From: Albugo candida
Taxonomy: Eukaryota
DNA: 64,000 nucleotides
NCBI GenBank assembly: GCA_040437565.1
Contig: JBDOQK010000028.1
Span: forward strand, 310,001 to 374,000
Direction: 5' to 3'
This document shows positions 51,743 through 64,000 of this stretch, piece by piece. How positions within the stretch are numbered: position 1 is the first letter of the stretch; every line of letters begins with the position of its first letter. A program made the position numbers and the translations under genes. Below the pieces are notes generated by a model. The model was not told the DNA's origin. It did not search any database and was given only the letters and a program-made list of their open reading frames with translations.

Positions 51743-52860
51743 TCATTTCAACCTGAAAGCGTCTATCAAAGAGTGGAACCAGGCGAGTGAGATAATACTG
51801 CTTCTCCTCAGGAATATCTCACAAGAGATCTCAGCTATCATGGGAAGGCTCTAAGCACTATTTTGCCAGTAATTAGACAAATTGTGAGAATTTATTGGGT
51901 TTCTCATCATATCTTGTCGAGCAATTATCTTGGCGCCATTCTAATACTTTACCGCAAAATAGGTGAGCTGTAGCTTCAATTCCATGTGTCGCAAAATGCT
52001 CTGGAAGTATTCTGAAGTACACAAGAAACGAGTTTTGNNNNNNNNNNNNNNNNNNNNNNNNNNNNNNNNNNNNNNNNNNNNNNNNNNNNNNNNNNNNNNN
52101 NNNNNNNNNNNNNNNNNNNNNNNNNNNNNNNNNNNNNATCATTTCAACCTGAAAGCGTCTATCAAAGAGTGCAACCAGGCGATTGAGATAATACTGCTTC
52201 TCCTCAGGAATATCTCACAAGAGATCTCAGCTATCATGGGAAGGCTCTAAACACTATTTTGCCAATAATTAGACAAATTGTGAGAATTTATTGGGTTTCT
52301 CATCATATCTTGTCGAGCAATTATCTTGGCGCCATTCCAATACTTTATCGCAAAATAGGTGAGCTGTAGGTTCAATTCCATGTGTCGCAAAATGCTCTGG
52401 AAGTATTCTGAAGTACACAAGAAACGAGTTTTGATGAGTTAGTGCTTCTGTAATTTGTCTCGTTCATGCAACGCTTTATTCGAAAAAAATTATCCCCGCG
52501 AATTTATGTAGCAGTGTCATCTGAGAACGCTNNNNNNNNNNNNNNNNNNNNNNNNNNNNNNNNNNNNNNNNNNNNNNNNNNNNNNNNNNNNNNNNNNNNN
52601 NNNNNNNNNNNNNNNNNNNNNNNNNNNNNNNCATCATATCTTGTCGAGCAATTATCTTGGCGCCATTCTAATACTTTACCGCAAAATAGGTGAGCTGTAG
52701 CTTCAATTCCATGTGTCGCAAAATGCTCTGGAAGTATTCTGAAGTACACAAGAAACGAGTTTTGATGAGTTAGTGCTTCTGTAATTTGTCTCGTTCATGC
52801 AACGCTTTATTCAAAAAAATTATCCCCGCGAATTATGTAGCAGTGTCATCTGAAAACGCT
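51743..52860. repeat. Segment represented three times across two gaps, with SNP differences
   Basis: catcatatcttgtcgagc...acgagttttg occurs at ~51905, ~52301 and 52632. Variants include ctaatactttacc versus ccaatactttatc. Confidence 0.85.
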
Positions 52861-53004
52861 ATGATATCCTGGACAATAGGATTTGAATGAAGAATGAGAT
52901 ACAAACAAATTTATTATTCGTCACGTAGATCCTTAAGAGATCGTATATTCTAGCCAAATCGTATCAACATGATGTACATATTAAGAGAAATAGGGACTAT
53001 ACTT

Positions 53005-53470
53005 CATGCAATTCCGAGCTCTTGCGCATCGAAAGCATCCAACTTCTTCCCGCTGTAGTATCCGCGATACTTGATACTCCCACTGAGAACATCTTCCTGT
53101 CTTTTGTTTTTCAATCTTACGACGTCACCTGCACCATAGATCTCGTCAACTAGTGAGTTCTTAATGCGACTCCAACTGAATAGTAAGCTTTCATTCCCCG
53201 CATTTCACTATTCTGCTCACGTCCTACGGTTGTATTTGTACCGACGACTTTGTCATCACCGCTCATTCTTTTCTTTTTGTTCATAATCGATCTTTCAGCG
53301 TATTGCCTCTAAATTTGACTTGCATCAAAAGTAAGGACGAGTTGCATAATAAAAAGCTGGTAATTTCTTACTTTGAACTCTTTCCGCACTATTTGTAGCT
53401 TGGAGCGTAGCTGCTGAGCTCTTTTTACACAACACCGCCGTTTTAGTATCTCTCGTCGGCGACATACTTT
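53005..53470 (-). pseudogene. Small spliced gene remnant of unknown function
   Basis: Two short GT-AG intron-like segments (~53309-53371 and ~53177-53220). The last exon is open (WSRIKNSLVDEIYG...ELGIA*) but there are stops upstream. Confidence 0.3.
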
Positions 53471-55784
53471 ACAGCTTGTCGATTATTTAAATCAAGAATC
53501 AATCTTCTATGAACAAATCCGTCAATTCTGTGTCAAGGATTGAGCCTATGGAAGGATTTATTTTGATGGTTGCCGATATTGTCTTTATGCATCATCAAAT
53601 GAGACTTGAGAGCTGCCTATTCAGTAACTTGCGCGCATTTCAGTAGGCGTAAAGACAGGTGCGATGCGATAACTTGGTCCTGAGAGCACGATAAGATGTG
53701 TCCACAGTATAACTTTTCCTTGACCGATCTGGAGTTTACTTGAGCGACTTATACATGCTAATAATCTGATGGAAAACGGAACTATTCTAACCTGGAAGAT
53801 GCCATGTACTTCAGGGGCTTGCAATGCTTACTATCACAATAAATTATCCGTTTCGACGTCATAAGCTAGGAGCTCTCATGCATTAGCTGCCCAAACCAAT
53901 TTGATGTAGTAGAGTAAGCTGGCCCCGACTATGTTAAGTACACCAAAGTTCGACTTGTTCCTCCACCACCATATCAGATGCGTTTGGTCTCGTAACCAAG
54001 CATCGCTAATTTCGCATATGGCGATCCCGGTTCATCCACAACAGCGCTTTGGATTTGCTCGAAAGGTTTTTGCATAAAGAAAACTTGTGCGATATTCTCT
54101 TTTGATCCTCGGTGTTATGTTCGTCTCTTCCAATAATTCCTTAGTGAGCTAATCCATCTCGATGGCTGCAAATGCAAACTAGCTGATTGCTTTGTTCTAT
54201 CTAGATGACCAAATTGACTGCTCTTGCTATACAAACAGAGGTTAAGATATTCCAAGCAAGCGCATATACTGACAATCTTAAAATACGCAACTGCCATCTT
54301 TTCGTGACATGTTTGACCTTCGCTACTCCTTTTTGTGATTTACCGACGCTTTTCCGAATTTGATTTTCTTCTCGAATTCGGTGGACACAGATGCTTTTAA
54401 GAATTCAGATATGTTTGCCACCCGCTGTTTCGTCTTCTTAAGTCGTCTATTGGACCGAAACAAGGTCTGCATATGTTCTTCTTAGTAGACTCGACTCGAT
54501 TGCACGCAATGAAATCGGTTAGACAGAATTGGTGTTACAACACACATGACTGTATTGTTGATTTCCTTTTGCGCTATTCAGCACGCACGGGAGCGCTTGA
54601 GCATGCTCCGTCTTTCTGCGTCAGATCTAGGTCTACATCGATTCTTATGGACGCATGCGCAGCTTCTCATGTTCCCTTTCCCCTCAACGGATGCTTTGCG
54701 TTGTGAAATTTATGCACGAACAAGGTGTCGATCACTGATATCATTGAGTCTTAGCCTCTTTGTGCCTTGATTGGATTCAGCTCAACAAAGCAGAATTCGT
54801 AGATCATCGAACAGCTAGTGGATATCACGGGTATGTCGTAAATAAGCGAATCGTGGGGAGGATGAAACATCCCGTCGCGGTAGTAGGCGTACTCCTCGAT
54901 GTCAAGCCAATCACCCAAAGACGGTTAATAGAGCTCTAGGTTCGCCCATCCCGAGACCCGGCTTTGAAAAGGAGCGAGCGCCATAATCGCGCTGCCCTGA
55001 TCCTCGACAAGTCAGTTACCATATAAGAGAGGACGCCTACACACAAACCCAGTGAGCTCGCTGTGCTCAACCAGATGCATCATGCAGCACATTGATAAGA
55101 GTCTACGATCTGATGCGCAAAGCATGTGTACCAGAAAATGTGATGCGGGAATGCTCACAGGGCAACTCCAAGAATAATTATATGAACCAGCCGCTTCTGT
55201 CTAAGAATGTGCATGCATATCGAAAATGGAGAAGCTCGTATTATTGGCGTGATAATCGAGCCTAATCTATAAGGAGGGGATCAAGAAGTCATCCAAGGTC
55301 AACCACAAGAGTATGGAAAGAGCCTTACGGATGCGTGCATGTATTAAGAAACTAGTTTGTATATTTTGTGCAATATCGCAGCTTCTGTTCGAGCTGATCT
55401 AGAAAGCGCTTACAAACATCGCGTTATTCCTTCTGTGTCTGATCCTCCCTCATAGAGCGCGAATGTGAATTCTCGAAGCTTAAGCGGTACGTTAACGACA
55501 GAAGGAAAGATCAGTAGCTTTAGTTCAGTTCCACACGGATTGTTTTACAAAAAAGCCGGAGCAGAGCATCGGCTTGCAGTATCAATCGGAACTGTGAATG
55601 AGACGCAGAGGCGCAATTGCTTCATTCCGCGTATAAACCGCTCGTTGACGAGGCCAGGTGGGTGTGATTTTCAAGATGATGGGAATTAGTCTCTCGTCTT
55701 TGAGCAACTTTGGCTTTTATGCATACCTGTTGGCTAATACATGTGCAGCATTTCTTCACCCGTGTTCGATAGGCTTCCGAGCTT

Positions 55785-58700
55785 ATGCTTGTCAATTACT
55801 CAGATCTGATTCTGTCGTTGATAGAGTATAGTATACATTTACAAAGGGATCTCATTATGCTGGATAACGGTGGCCATGCTCATTTGATATTGCAATTTCT
55901 CGAGAAATGCATGAGCTCTGACTCAAATCAGAGGGAACACGCTGAAGCAAAGCTCAGTAATATTGTTTGTATTATGATGAGCGGTAGTAACCTGTCCCAA
56001 AATGAAGTTATTTTGCAAACACTTTTGCAAACTGTAGCACCACACACTGATTCACAAGCTGCTTCATTTCCCCTTCCGTCCGATTTACGCATCATCACAT
56101 GTATTTGGATCAAGAATTTAGTGTCTAAGTACTGGAAAGCGCCCCAATTCGTATCAGATCGCTGGAAATCTCAAGTTTTTCGAAACGCTCTACTTCGAAT
56201 GGCCATACAAGAACCCAACCAAGTCGTCGCATTACATTTACGTGTGATTGTCGCATATATATCCCGTTGTGACTTTCCATCTCGTTGGGGAATGGAAGAC
56301 TTATTCCAACCGCTTGTCATCTGCCTGCAAATGCCTGGAGACATCTCTCAAGACTTGAATGATCTGATTGAGAAGCAGCACCGAGCAATCCAAATCATAC
56401 TTTGTATTATCAAAGAGCTGGTTACTCGTCGTCTGATGGTACATCGGAAGCAATTTGATACGTTTGCAGTGGAAATATTACCGTTTCTATTAAATCATTG
56501 GGACGTATTACTGCACTCCATTGGCGATCAATCCGTACTACAGTTCATTCTCAAGCTCACGAAAACGAGTACGAAATTAATAGCACTCATTCTTACGAAC
56601 GCATTTCGTGCTTTGGCCACCCAGCACTTTGAATTGGTGAATGCGATTCTGGGGAAAGTCTGTCAGTACATTGCAAGCCTGCACGCTCAATTTCCTTCCG
56701 GTCATAATCAAACAGCGGTGACAATAGAGGTCGGAAAATGCATATATCAAATGTCAAAGTTGCTGATGAAGATTCAAGCATCCTATCCGATGGAATGTCG
56801 TGAGTATCTGCAGGTTTTCCTCCGACTTTTTTGGGAAATCCTAGAAGCCAATGTTAATACCGATACTAAAAGCGGTATTGTTTCCGTCCAATTCTTCACA
56901 AACGTATTCAATTGTGAGCTGTATAAATCAAAGCGCGGCTCAGAAACGTCCAAAGTGATGCATAAAGTCATGAGTGCCAACGGTCAAGTAGAACTTTGTG
57001 ATGAAATGATTGCTCAGGCTCAATATGCCATATCGCAGTTCTTCGACATGCCGTCACATTCGTCGAATGCTTGCCGAGTTGTGGCTTTACTGCAGCGAGT
57101 TGTTCTACAATTACTGAGACAGTCAACAAGCGACTTGGAAGCATGGAGTGAAGATCCTGAGTCTTTCTTTCACATCTCAAAAAGCCTAACTGCCGAAGAA
57201 TCCATTCGTGTCACTGCTGAAAATCTCTTTCTGACCATGCTTCAGCAATACCCAACAATTTGCATCACAGAATTCCAGAAACTGATTGTTCAAGTCCCCG
57301 AAAAATTCCAGTTGATCTTGAACACCCAACCAAATTCTTCATCGGAACTCTCTGATATCATCTTGGAGTTGGATTCCATTTTTCTTGCATTGGGACTTGG
57401 AAGCTATATTTTGTATCAGCAAATCGATTTCAATCGACTCTACGTAGCAATCTTTTATCCGCTTTTCACGACATCAGATGCATACCACATTGGGTCTTTG
57501 GCGTGCAGCGGTAGAATCCTTCCGGTGATATTTCATCGTTCCATTTGGCTCGTCGGTCGCTGGCTTGGACAGCTTGCTCCATCGCACTGGCCAATTCTTT
57601 ATGAAAGTGCGTTAAAAAACGCATTTGGGAACGAGGAGATCGCATCGAGATCAAATTCGGAAGATATCGTACTGAAACTTCAAACTATTTCTCTTATCGA
57701 GTGTATGGTCGCCGATTGGAGTGCTGAGGTGGATCAGCTGAAGCAATATTTGCCGATGATTCTGCATGGTTTGTATTCGTTCCTAATGACCACCAGTACT
57801 CTAGAAAGCAAACAGATGATTTTTTGCACCTTGGAAACGATAGCCAAGACATTGGGACCTTCGATCATCGTATGTCTTCCCCAATTGTGCACGCCATTAA
57901 CGACTCTATGGTCGCGTTCGAGTGACGATAGCAATTTGATCCGAGGCAAAATTCTGAGCTTCCTGAAACAGATTCTGATTAGTGTCAATGAGCTTCTCAA
58001 TGATGCCCCAAATTGTGAGCTGGATGCTATCGAAAAATCGCTGCTTCCGTTACAAGAAATGTGCTTTCAAGGTGTAAAATCGGCCATGGATACGAAAGCA
58101 ACCGATTCTTACTTACTAGAAAAAGGGCTTGAATTGTGGTACCAGCTCATTCTGTCCATGAAAGAATATTCTGATCCGCTTGAAGCGATCTTTCCACACG
58201 CACTCGACATTTTACAACGCAATTACGAGCACGGTCTGATCTTGGTCAAAATCATTGAGAAATATCTCACGCTGAACGGCACTGAGAGATTTTGGGACGT
58301 CTATCATGCTCCCATATTAAATCTTTGCATCACACCAATGATCAATAATGTGAATAGCCAAGTCTCTATCGCACTTGCCCATTTGTTGGAACAAACGATG
58401 GAGCATTTACACAATAGAGGCGCTATGACTCTCTCGCTTTGCAACGAACTGATAGAACCCACTCGACGATTACTCGCCTGCTGTGTGAAATACAGCGAGA
58501 ATCACGTGGAAAGGGAGCCGGAGTCTGTTATCATCTCATACCTCCACGTGTTTGCATTTTTGGTTTTATTCCTGCAGCAATTCGACTGGGTGTATGTGAG
58601 TGTCTTGAAAACTAATTCTCTAGTTTTGGATCAGCTCGTGGACTTGATGTTGAGTAAATTTCCCAACAGCCATACGCAATCTATAAACACGAATTCATCA

Positions 58701-58982
58701 TCTGTTTGGTATCCTTGCGAGCTTCGAAGAAAGCTATGGGCGTCGGCTTTGGTTGCTCTATTGGTATGGAGCAGACCGGTTTGTAAGGATCGTGTTGAAA
58801 AAATTGAGCGGATAGCGAATCAAGTAATAAAGGAGATGCAATCGAGGCATTCCGAGGATCCTTCACATCAACAAATTAGACAAGTACGGGGCACCAAATG
58901 GGAAAAAATAGCCCAAGTAGACCTAAGAGATTTTCTGGATCGGAATGTACAGTCTCTACGAAATCGACGAGAACGTAGCTGA
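55785..58982 (+). CDS. IPO11: Importin-beta family karyopherin, importin-11/Kap120-like
   Basis: 1065-aa single ORF. IBN_N-like start (REHAEAKL..WIKNLVSKYWK), EPNQVVA..IVAYISRCDFPSRW, KELVTRRL, AWSEDPESF, RSIWLVGRW, HEAT-like helices. Start may be the ATG at 55857. Confidence 0.82.
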   Translation: MLVNYSDLILSLIEYSIHLQRDLIMLDNGGHAHLILQFLEKCMSSDSNQREHAEAKLSNIVCIMMSGSNLSQNEVILQTLLQTVAPHTDSQAASFPLPSDLRIITCIWIKNLVSKYWKAPQFVSDRWKSQVFRNALLRMAIQEPNQVVALHLRVIVAYISRCDFPSRWGMEDLFQPLVICLQMPGDISQDLNDLIEKQHRAIQIILCIIKELVTRRLMVHRKQFDTFAVEILPFLLNHWDVLLHSIGDQSVLQFILKLTKTSTKLIALILTNAFRALATQHFELVNAILGKVCQYIASLHAQFPSGHNQTAVTIEVGKCIYQMSKLLMKIQASYPMECREYLQVFLRLFWEILEANVNTDTKSGIVSVQFFTNVFNCELYKSKRGSETSKVMHKVMSANGQVELCDEMIAQAQYAISQFFDMPSHSSNACRVVALLQRVVLQLLRQSTSDLEAWSEDPESFFHISKSLTAEESIRVTAENLFLTMLQQYPTICITEFQKLIVQVPEKFQLILNTQPNSSSELSDIILELDSIFLALGLGSYILYQQIDFNRLYVAIFYPLFTTSDAYHIGSLACSGRILPVIFHRSIWLVGRWLGQLAPSHWPILYESALKNAFGNEEIASRSNSEDIVLKLQTISLIECMVADWSAEVDQLKQYLPMILHGLYSFLMTTSTLESKQMIFCTLETIAKTLGPSIIVCLPQLCTPLTTLWSRSSDDSNLIRGKILSFLKQILISVNELLNDAPNCELDAIEKSLLPLQEMCFQGVKSAMDTKATDSYLLEKGLELWYQLILSMKEYSDPLEAIFPHALDILQRNYEHGLILVKIIEKYLTLNGTERFWDVYHAPILNLCITPMINNVNSQVSIALAHLLEQTMEHLHNRGAMTLSLCNELIEPTRRLLACCVKYSENHVEREPESVIISYLHVFAFLVLFLQQFDWVYVSVLKTNSLVLDQLVDLMLSKFPNSHTQSINTNSSSVWYPCELRRKLWASALVALLVWSRPVCKDRVEKIERIANQVIKEMQSRHSEDPSHQQIRQVRGTKWEKIAQVDLRDFLDRNVQSLRNRRERS

Positions 58983-61900
58983 AGTCAAGTACCCCGTCAA
59001 AAATCGAATGGAAGACGCGCGAGTCACGACACGACATATCACGCTGATGGCTTAATAACGTGCTATCTGGTTGTGTGTGAGGCTAATTGACTCATTTATC
59101 AAGGACACCTCCATCGAGCACCCCCATGTAATCCACACTTTTATACATTGTGGAAGAGTACGATACGAACTACAGATATGAGCATTTCAGATTCTTGAGT
59201 TGTTTACCTGGTGTTTATGGCTTGCTTGAATGCTTATAAAAGCTGCACAACAATCAAAGCAGAATTGCTAAGTACTTAAAGCACCGAATGAGTGGCAAAG
59301 CATGGTTTATCTGATGCGCTTTGCTCATTAGATCTATGATATGATTAAAAAAAATTACCAAGGCGTCAAGTAGACGAGTATGCGACAGGTTTTCCAATTT
59401 CCGAAATCGAAGGCAAGACCGTGTTGCATCCCTTTCTCTGTTATCCCAGATGTAGTCTCTATTGAATGACTTTAGATGTGAAGTGTTTAATCAAATGAGC
59501 AACACCACTTATAGCTACATCTGGGAAGCCTTAAACCGATCGTTTGTGCAAACCAATTTTCCAAATAGATATAAGTTTCAGCAGTGTCTGCTCTTCATGG
59601 ATTGCATTCTTCCATGACCCTTCTTCTGATGACTTTTTGCATTTTTATATGCTGATAGTGCTTCCGGAGCTGTATTTGCTTCATCATACTCGATTCGGTG
59701 CCCTTGACGGTCGCAACTCTTTCATGATGAGTGAACGATTGAGTTTGATGTTTTGTAAAGCGTCATAGTAGCTAGAAATTCGCCGTGAGGGAGCGCATCA
59801 TGCCCTACTGGTCTCGATGATGCACATCTGACAGATGCATCATATCTCTCACTGCCTGCTCTTGAGTAAAAAAGAGCATCTCGGTATCGATTCGTTCACA
59901 ATTGGAATGCATCACTATTGTTGTATCCCGATAATAGTCGAAATCGAAATCTTATTGTTCAATATCGTTCGCGCAGGCGACTTCACATCAAGATATCGCG
60001 TCCCTGGATTCTAAAATAAGTGATGTGAGTTACCTCTACAAGCNNNNNNNNNNNNNNNNNNNNNNNNNNNNNNNNNNNNNNNNNNNNNNNNNNNNNNNNN
60101 NNNNNNNNNNNNNNNNNNNNNNNNNNNNNNNNNNNNNNNNNNNTGCATCATATCTCTCACTGCCTGCTCTTGAGTAAAAAAGAGCATCTCGGTATCGATT
60201 CGTTCACAATTGGAATGCATCACTATTGTTGTATCCCGATAATAGTCGAAATCGAAATCTTATTGTTCAATATCGTTCGCGCAGGCGACTTCACATCAAG
60301 ATATCGCGTCCCTGGATTCTAAAATAAGTGATGTGAGTTACCTCTACAAGCTTTCAATCCATGTTCTGCTCGCGTAATCGCTTACCTCGTCGGAATAACT
60401 GAGTACCAAACCCTGGAGAAATTTCTATCTCAAGAATATTGGTGTTTCATTTTGCCTATATGAGCACAACCGATTGCACCAAGCACTCGCAATGTCAACA
60501 TTATATATATGTGTCCAAAACACTGCTAAGCCGATATTTTGTCCAGATGCGCTGCTCACGGCAATCAATCGCGATATAGGCTCCAACTTTACATAGATCG
60601 GCTCAATCTTCCTATTCTGACATGCATATGGGTAAGCTTGGATCTGGAACTTCTCCAATTTTGCTTCTTCGGTCTTCGTGCTAGCTCAAATTTGCTGTCA
60701 ACATACGGATTGATTATTTGATGTCACATCCCAGCCTGTATGCATATGTATTCGAATATATGATTAATATGCTTACCAACGTCGTTTGTACGAAAGTACT
60801 AGATCTTATAACCAAGCAATTGTATCCGAGATTACCGGAGACTTGTGGTCATGAAGAAAACCAGCACACAAACTTGTGTCATTTCCGCACAATACTTGCG
60901 TTTTTGCGCTTTACCGGTGAATTGTCTTCACAGTTTTTCGTATAACAATACTTTAGGGATCTTGTGCGAAACATCCTGATCGATACGAAGGATGGCGATG
61001 GAGTAGAAAGACCTCTTAGCTAGAATCCATTACATCATGTAAAAAATGAACTAGCAAATTTCACGAGCAGCACAACGGATAAAATCAGCTGGAAATATCT
61101 CGTATCAAAGTTTGCGCCAATGTCTTCCACGTGATCCATCTGCATCGCCTCTAATTCGAATCGAAATATGGTAACAGGATTAATTCGAAAAGCTTACTAC
61201 GATTGTAGTTCCTTAGGCCGTATATTACACAATTGGCAAGCTTCTAGCGTTGTGCAAATGAGTAATTTACGCAATACTGATTGTATATTGAAGTGCGAAA
61301 TACATATCAGCGGATTGTGCATACATGCTTCTTGGACTTGATGAGCCCATCAATCGAAATATGGTAACACGAGCACACGGTATAAAGCCCACTTTTTGCT
61401 TGTGATTTCTGGTTTACTTGGCTCAGGCTGATATAGGACTCATCGCTGTATCATTGTACCAGTACATTATCTCTGCGCTGTCAATATGACGATATTTCAA
61501 GACTTGTACCAACAAGTTGATACAACCACTCGCGATCATACAATGTAGTCGACGAGCAGCTAGATGCATTCTATTGGCATGGAAGAAGAAGCTAGCGATC
61601 GCAATCCAATAAATCTCGGTCATTTCACTACTGCGCGAAAGAAAATGAGAAAGAGATGGAAGAATCTACTACTGTAATATTTCCGAGTTAAGATGCGAAC
61701 GTATATTCCTTAGGACTAAAAAAGCGATGGAGATGTAATGTATGTGCAGATGTTGGAGCCACAAGTGAAGATGTCCCCAACTATCATCATCGAAGAATAG
61801 CTACCTGCCACAAAAGCTAAAGTTTCTGTGGTAGATGAGCTTCTCGTATGGAAGATAAGGGATGAGACTGGATGCACTGCAACAGGAGGTTACGGGAAAA

Positions 61901-63206
61901 ATCGAAAAAAGGTCAAGACTTGCGCGGACGTTGATTCGCAATTTTTTGGCTCTTGGCGGAAGCAGCAAATCAACAACCGATTGTGAATACAGTTTAGGAA
62001 ACTCGAAGACCAGCAAAATAATATTCTGCCATTTTTGACCCTATCAACGTATACGCAAGCGGCTGTGATGGAAGTAATCTAGCCATGCAGATAAGGCTGG
62101 AACAAATTCAAATTCAATTGTATTCGAGACTAAAAGTTTGAGTCAATAGGTAGTCAGAGTTCTACAGTAGAAAACAAGCCGTATGCAAATTCGTTCTTTG
62201 TAGGTTACCCAGAAATTGTACATTTATTAAGAAAACGAAGCAGTGGGACAACAGCTAATCAATGACACAGATGGCGTCACGCTGATATGATATCAGGAAA
62301 GCTAAGGTTCCCTATGTCATTGCTTGCAGAATTTTATTCACAAATAGGGCCTTTATCGAGCGTCAACGAGCTTGACCGCAGTGAGAATTGTTACTTTACG
62401 ACAAATAGGCACTGACTTCATATTTCCAAGGCTTCTTTACTTTAAACCTTGTGAAATTCCCACAACAAATTCGTCGAAGACCTTTAAACTTGAAGCATAA
62501 TCGTCTTCGAGGTGATTGCACACACATAGCTAGCTACTCCAAAGCAAAGTAAAGCAAAACAGACCTTCAGTACATTACCTCAATTAAATGCGTTCAAATT
62601 TCACAACAGATTCGTAAATGTCATTGTTTATGGGAATGACAATTTTTTGTTACGTTGCCAACACTCTGCGATTGCTAATATACCTCTAGCAATCAAAATG
62701 ACGCAACGCCTCGATTTCTAGTTCCATAACCTTATCCAAGGTTTTCTATGAGAGCTTTTGTAGCTGATTGATTTCCCCCTAAAGTGCTCGGCCCGTTGCA
62801 GGAAATGATTTCTTCATAATGTCGCTTACAATGCGCGTGGGATTAGGAAAAGTGAGCCGATGCTTTATTATCAACATCCTACCTGCGCTATCCAGTCCAT
62901 CTGTGCAATGAGCGGGGATTGCGAAATCCGCTGATGTTTCTTCCTTCGTTACAAGTTTGCATCAAGTGTAATGTGCTACGACGACAACATTGTAGACAGT
63001 GTCTCGAACCCTTCCGACTGGCACTGCAAATAATGCAAGTAGTTTAATGCTCCATTTCCTTTTACTTCTCCTATGTTACCCAGGCTTTGCAACACGATAT
63101 GAAAGGTGATAAACTCTCAGAATGTGACAGTGCTTCAGACATGTAATTGATATAAGATTTGCAATTGAACGTGCGTTGGGTAACTTATTCGTTGGCACAT
63201 ATATGA

Positions 63207-64000
63207 TCAGGATCGCATCTGTGTAAAACTAGTCGACCCATTAAATGCCGAACTGGACGACTGACCAAAAGGTGAAGCTGCAGAAGCACCAAACCCGTTG
63301 CCAAAGCCTGTACCTGCCCCTTGCGAGGATGCAATGCTGCCAAAGCCAGTGCCAACAGAGCGAAAGGAGCCGAAGCCGGAACCAGTTGTCGTAGATGGCT
63401 TGGTAGTACTCGAAGCAAAACCGCCAAATCCACTCCCGCTTCGTTGCTGAAGAGTGTTCGTCCCTCCGAACACTGCCGTCGTTCCACCAAAGGAAGCAGC
63501 CGAGTTTCCTAATGTGGAGGAGGCTCCAAATACTGGCACTGCTGTATTTCTCGATGTCGATTCTGAGCCGAACACTGATCCCGACTGTGGGGTGAGTTGA
63601 GTCAAAGATTGCTTACCATACTTCTTTTCGAGTAAACCGAATAGCTCCGTCTCACGCCCACTATATTTGGCTAAAGTCGTGTCGACGTCCTTTAGTTTTC
63701 CGGGATTATACTTTTGATAGAACTGAACAAGTCTTTCGCGATGACTGCTAGTCGTTCCTCCAAATGGTTTACTTATGGCCATTGGCTGAGAGGGTTTACT
63801 GAAGGTAGATCCAGGTTCCGATGTCCCAAAATTCGCCATGCTGCTAGTGTTTGGTCTTGTATTTGACGAGTTTCCGAATGACGTCAGAAAAGCAGTGCCG
63901 GGAGCACCAGCTGTACTGGAATTCGTTGATGGTGATGCTTGTATCGGGAAAAAAGTGCTTGTGTTGCCAAATGGGCTCGAATTTGTCGAGTGCCGCAAAG
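63207..64000 (-). CDS. 3' end of an FG-repeat nucleoporin, Nup214-like; runs off the window
   Basis: Dense FG/GFG repeats in S/T/G-rich sequence, terminal FTQMRS resembling plant Nup214 ends, and an embedded RERLVQFYQKYNP.K..VD..L.KY.GRE.ELF..L.KKYG module. Confidence 0.75.
   Translation of the reverse strand, partial: LRHSTNSSPFGNTSTFFPIQASPSTNSSTAGAPGTAFLTSFGNSSNTRPNTSSMANFGTSEPGSTFSKPSQPMAISKPFGGTTSSHRERLVQFYQKYNPGKLKDVDTTLAKYSGRETELFGLLEKKYGKQSLTQLTPQSGSVFGSESTSRNTAVPVFGASSTLGNSAASFGGTTAVFGGTNTLQQRSGSGFGGFASSTTKPSTTTGSGFGSFRSVGTGFGSIASSQGAGTGFGNGFGASAASPFGQSSSSAFNGSTSFTQMRS

Noticed and set aside
53600..55400. Possible decayed minus-strand gene
   Set aside because: Only short protein-like stretches between stops; no family could be assigned.

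Overview
Eukaryotic draft-scaffold DNA with short GT-AG introns and 100-N gaps; gene content and style point to an oomycete (Albugo-like, inferred, not proven). A compact block at ~7-19 kb holds an unusual myosin (motor-IQ-charged helix-zinc ribbon-PX tail), a SAP/Tho1-type protein, PLRG1/Prp46, a paired C3H zinc-finger protein and a VPS33-like Sec1 protein. About 20-55 kb is a gene-poor, decayed region. It contains a C2/transmembrane pseudogene, two frameshifted paralogs of an unknown signal-peptide protein in a duplicated cassette, a 3.56-kb TA-flanked IS630/Tc1/mariner element with an intron-containing DD135E transposase and a nested back-to-back tRNA-like insert, a Ty1/copia element, a solo LTR, an L1/Tx1-like LINE and kinase relics. 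An importin-11-like gene and the FG-repeat 3' end of a Nup214-like gene follow. Most N-gaps are flanked by duplicated sequence (assembly overlap), which inflates several ORFs. I found no convincing multi-gene novel system; the best leads are the transposon with its nested insert, the secreted-protein family, the myosin tail and the C3H finger repeat.
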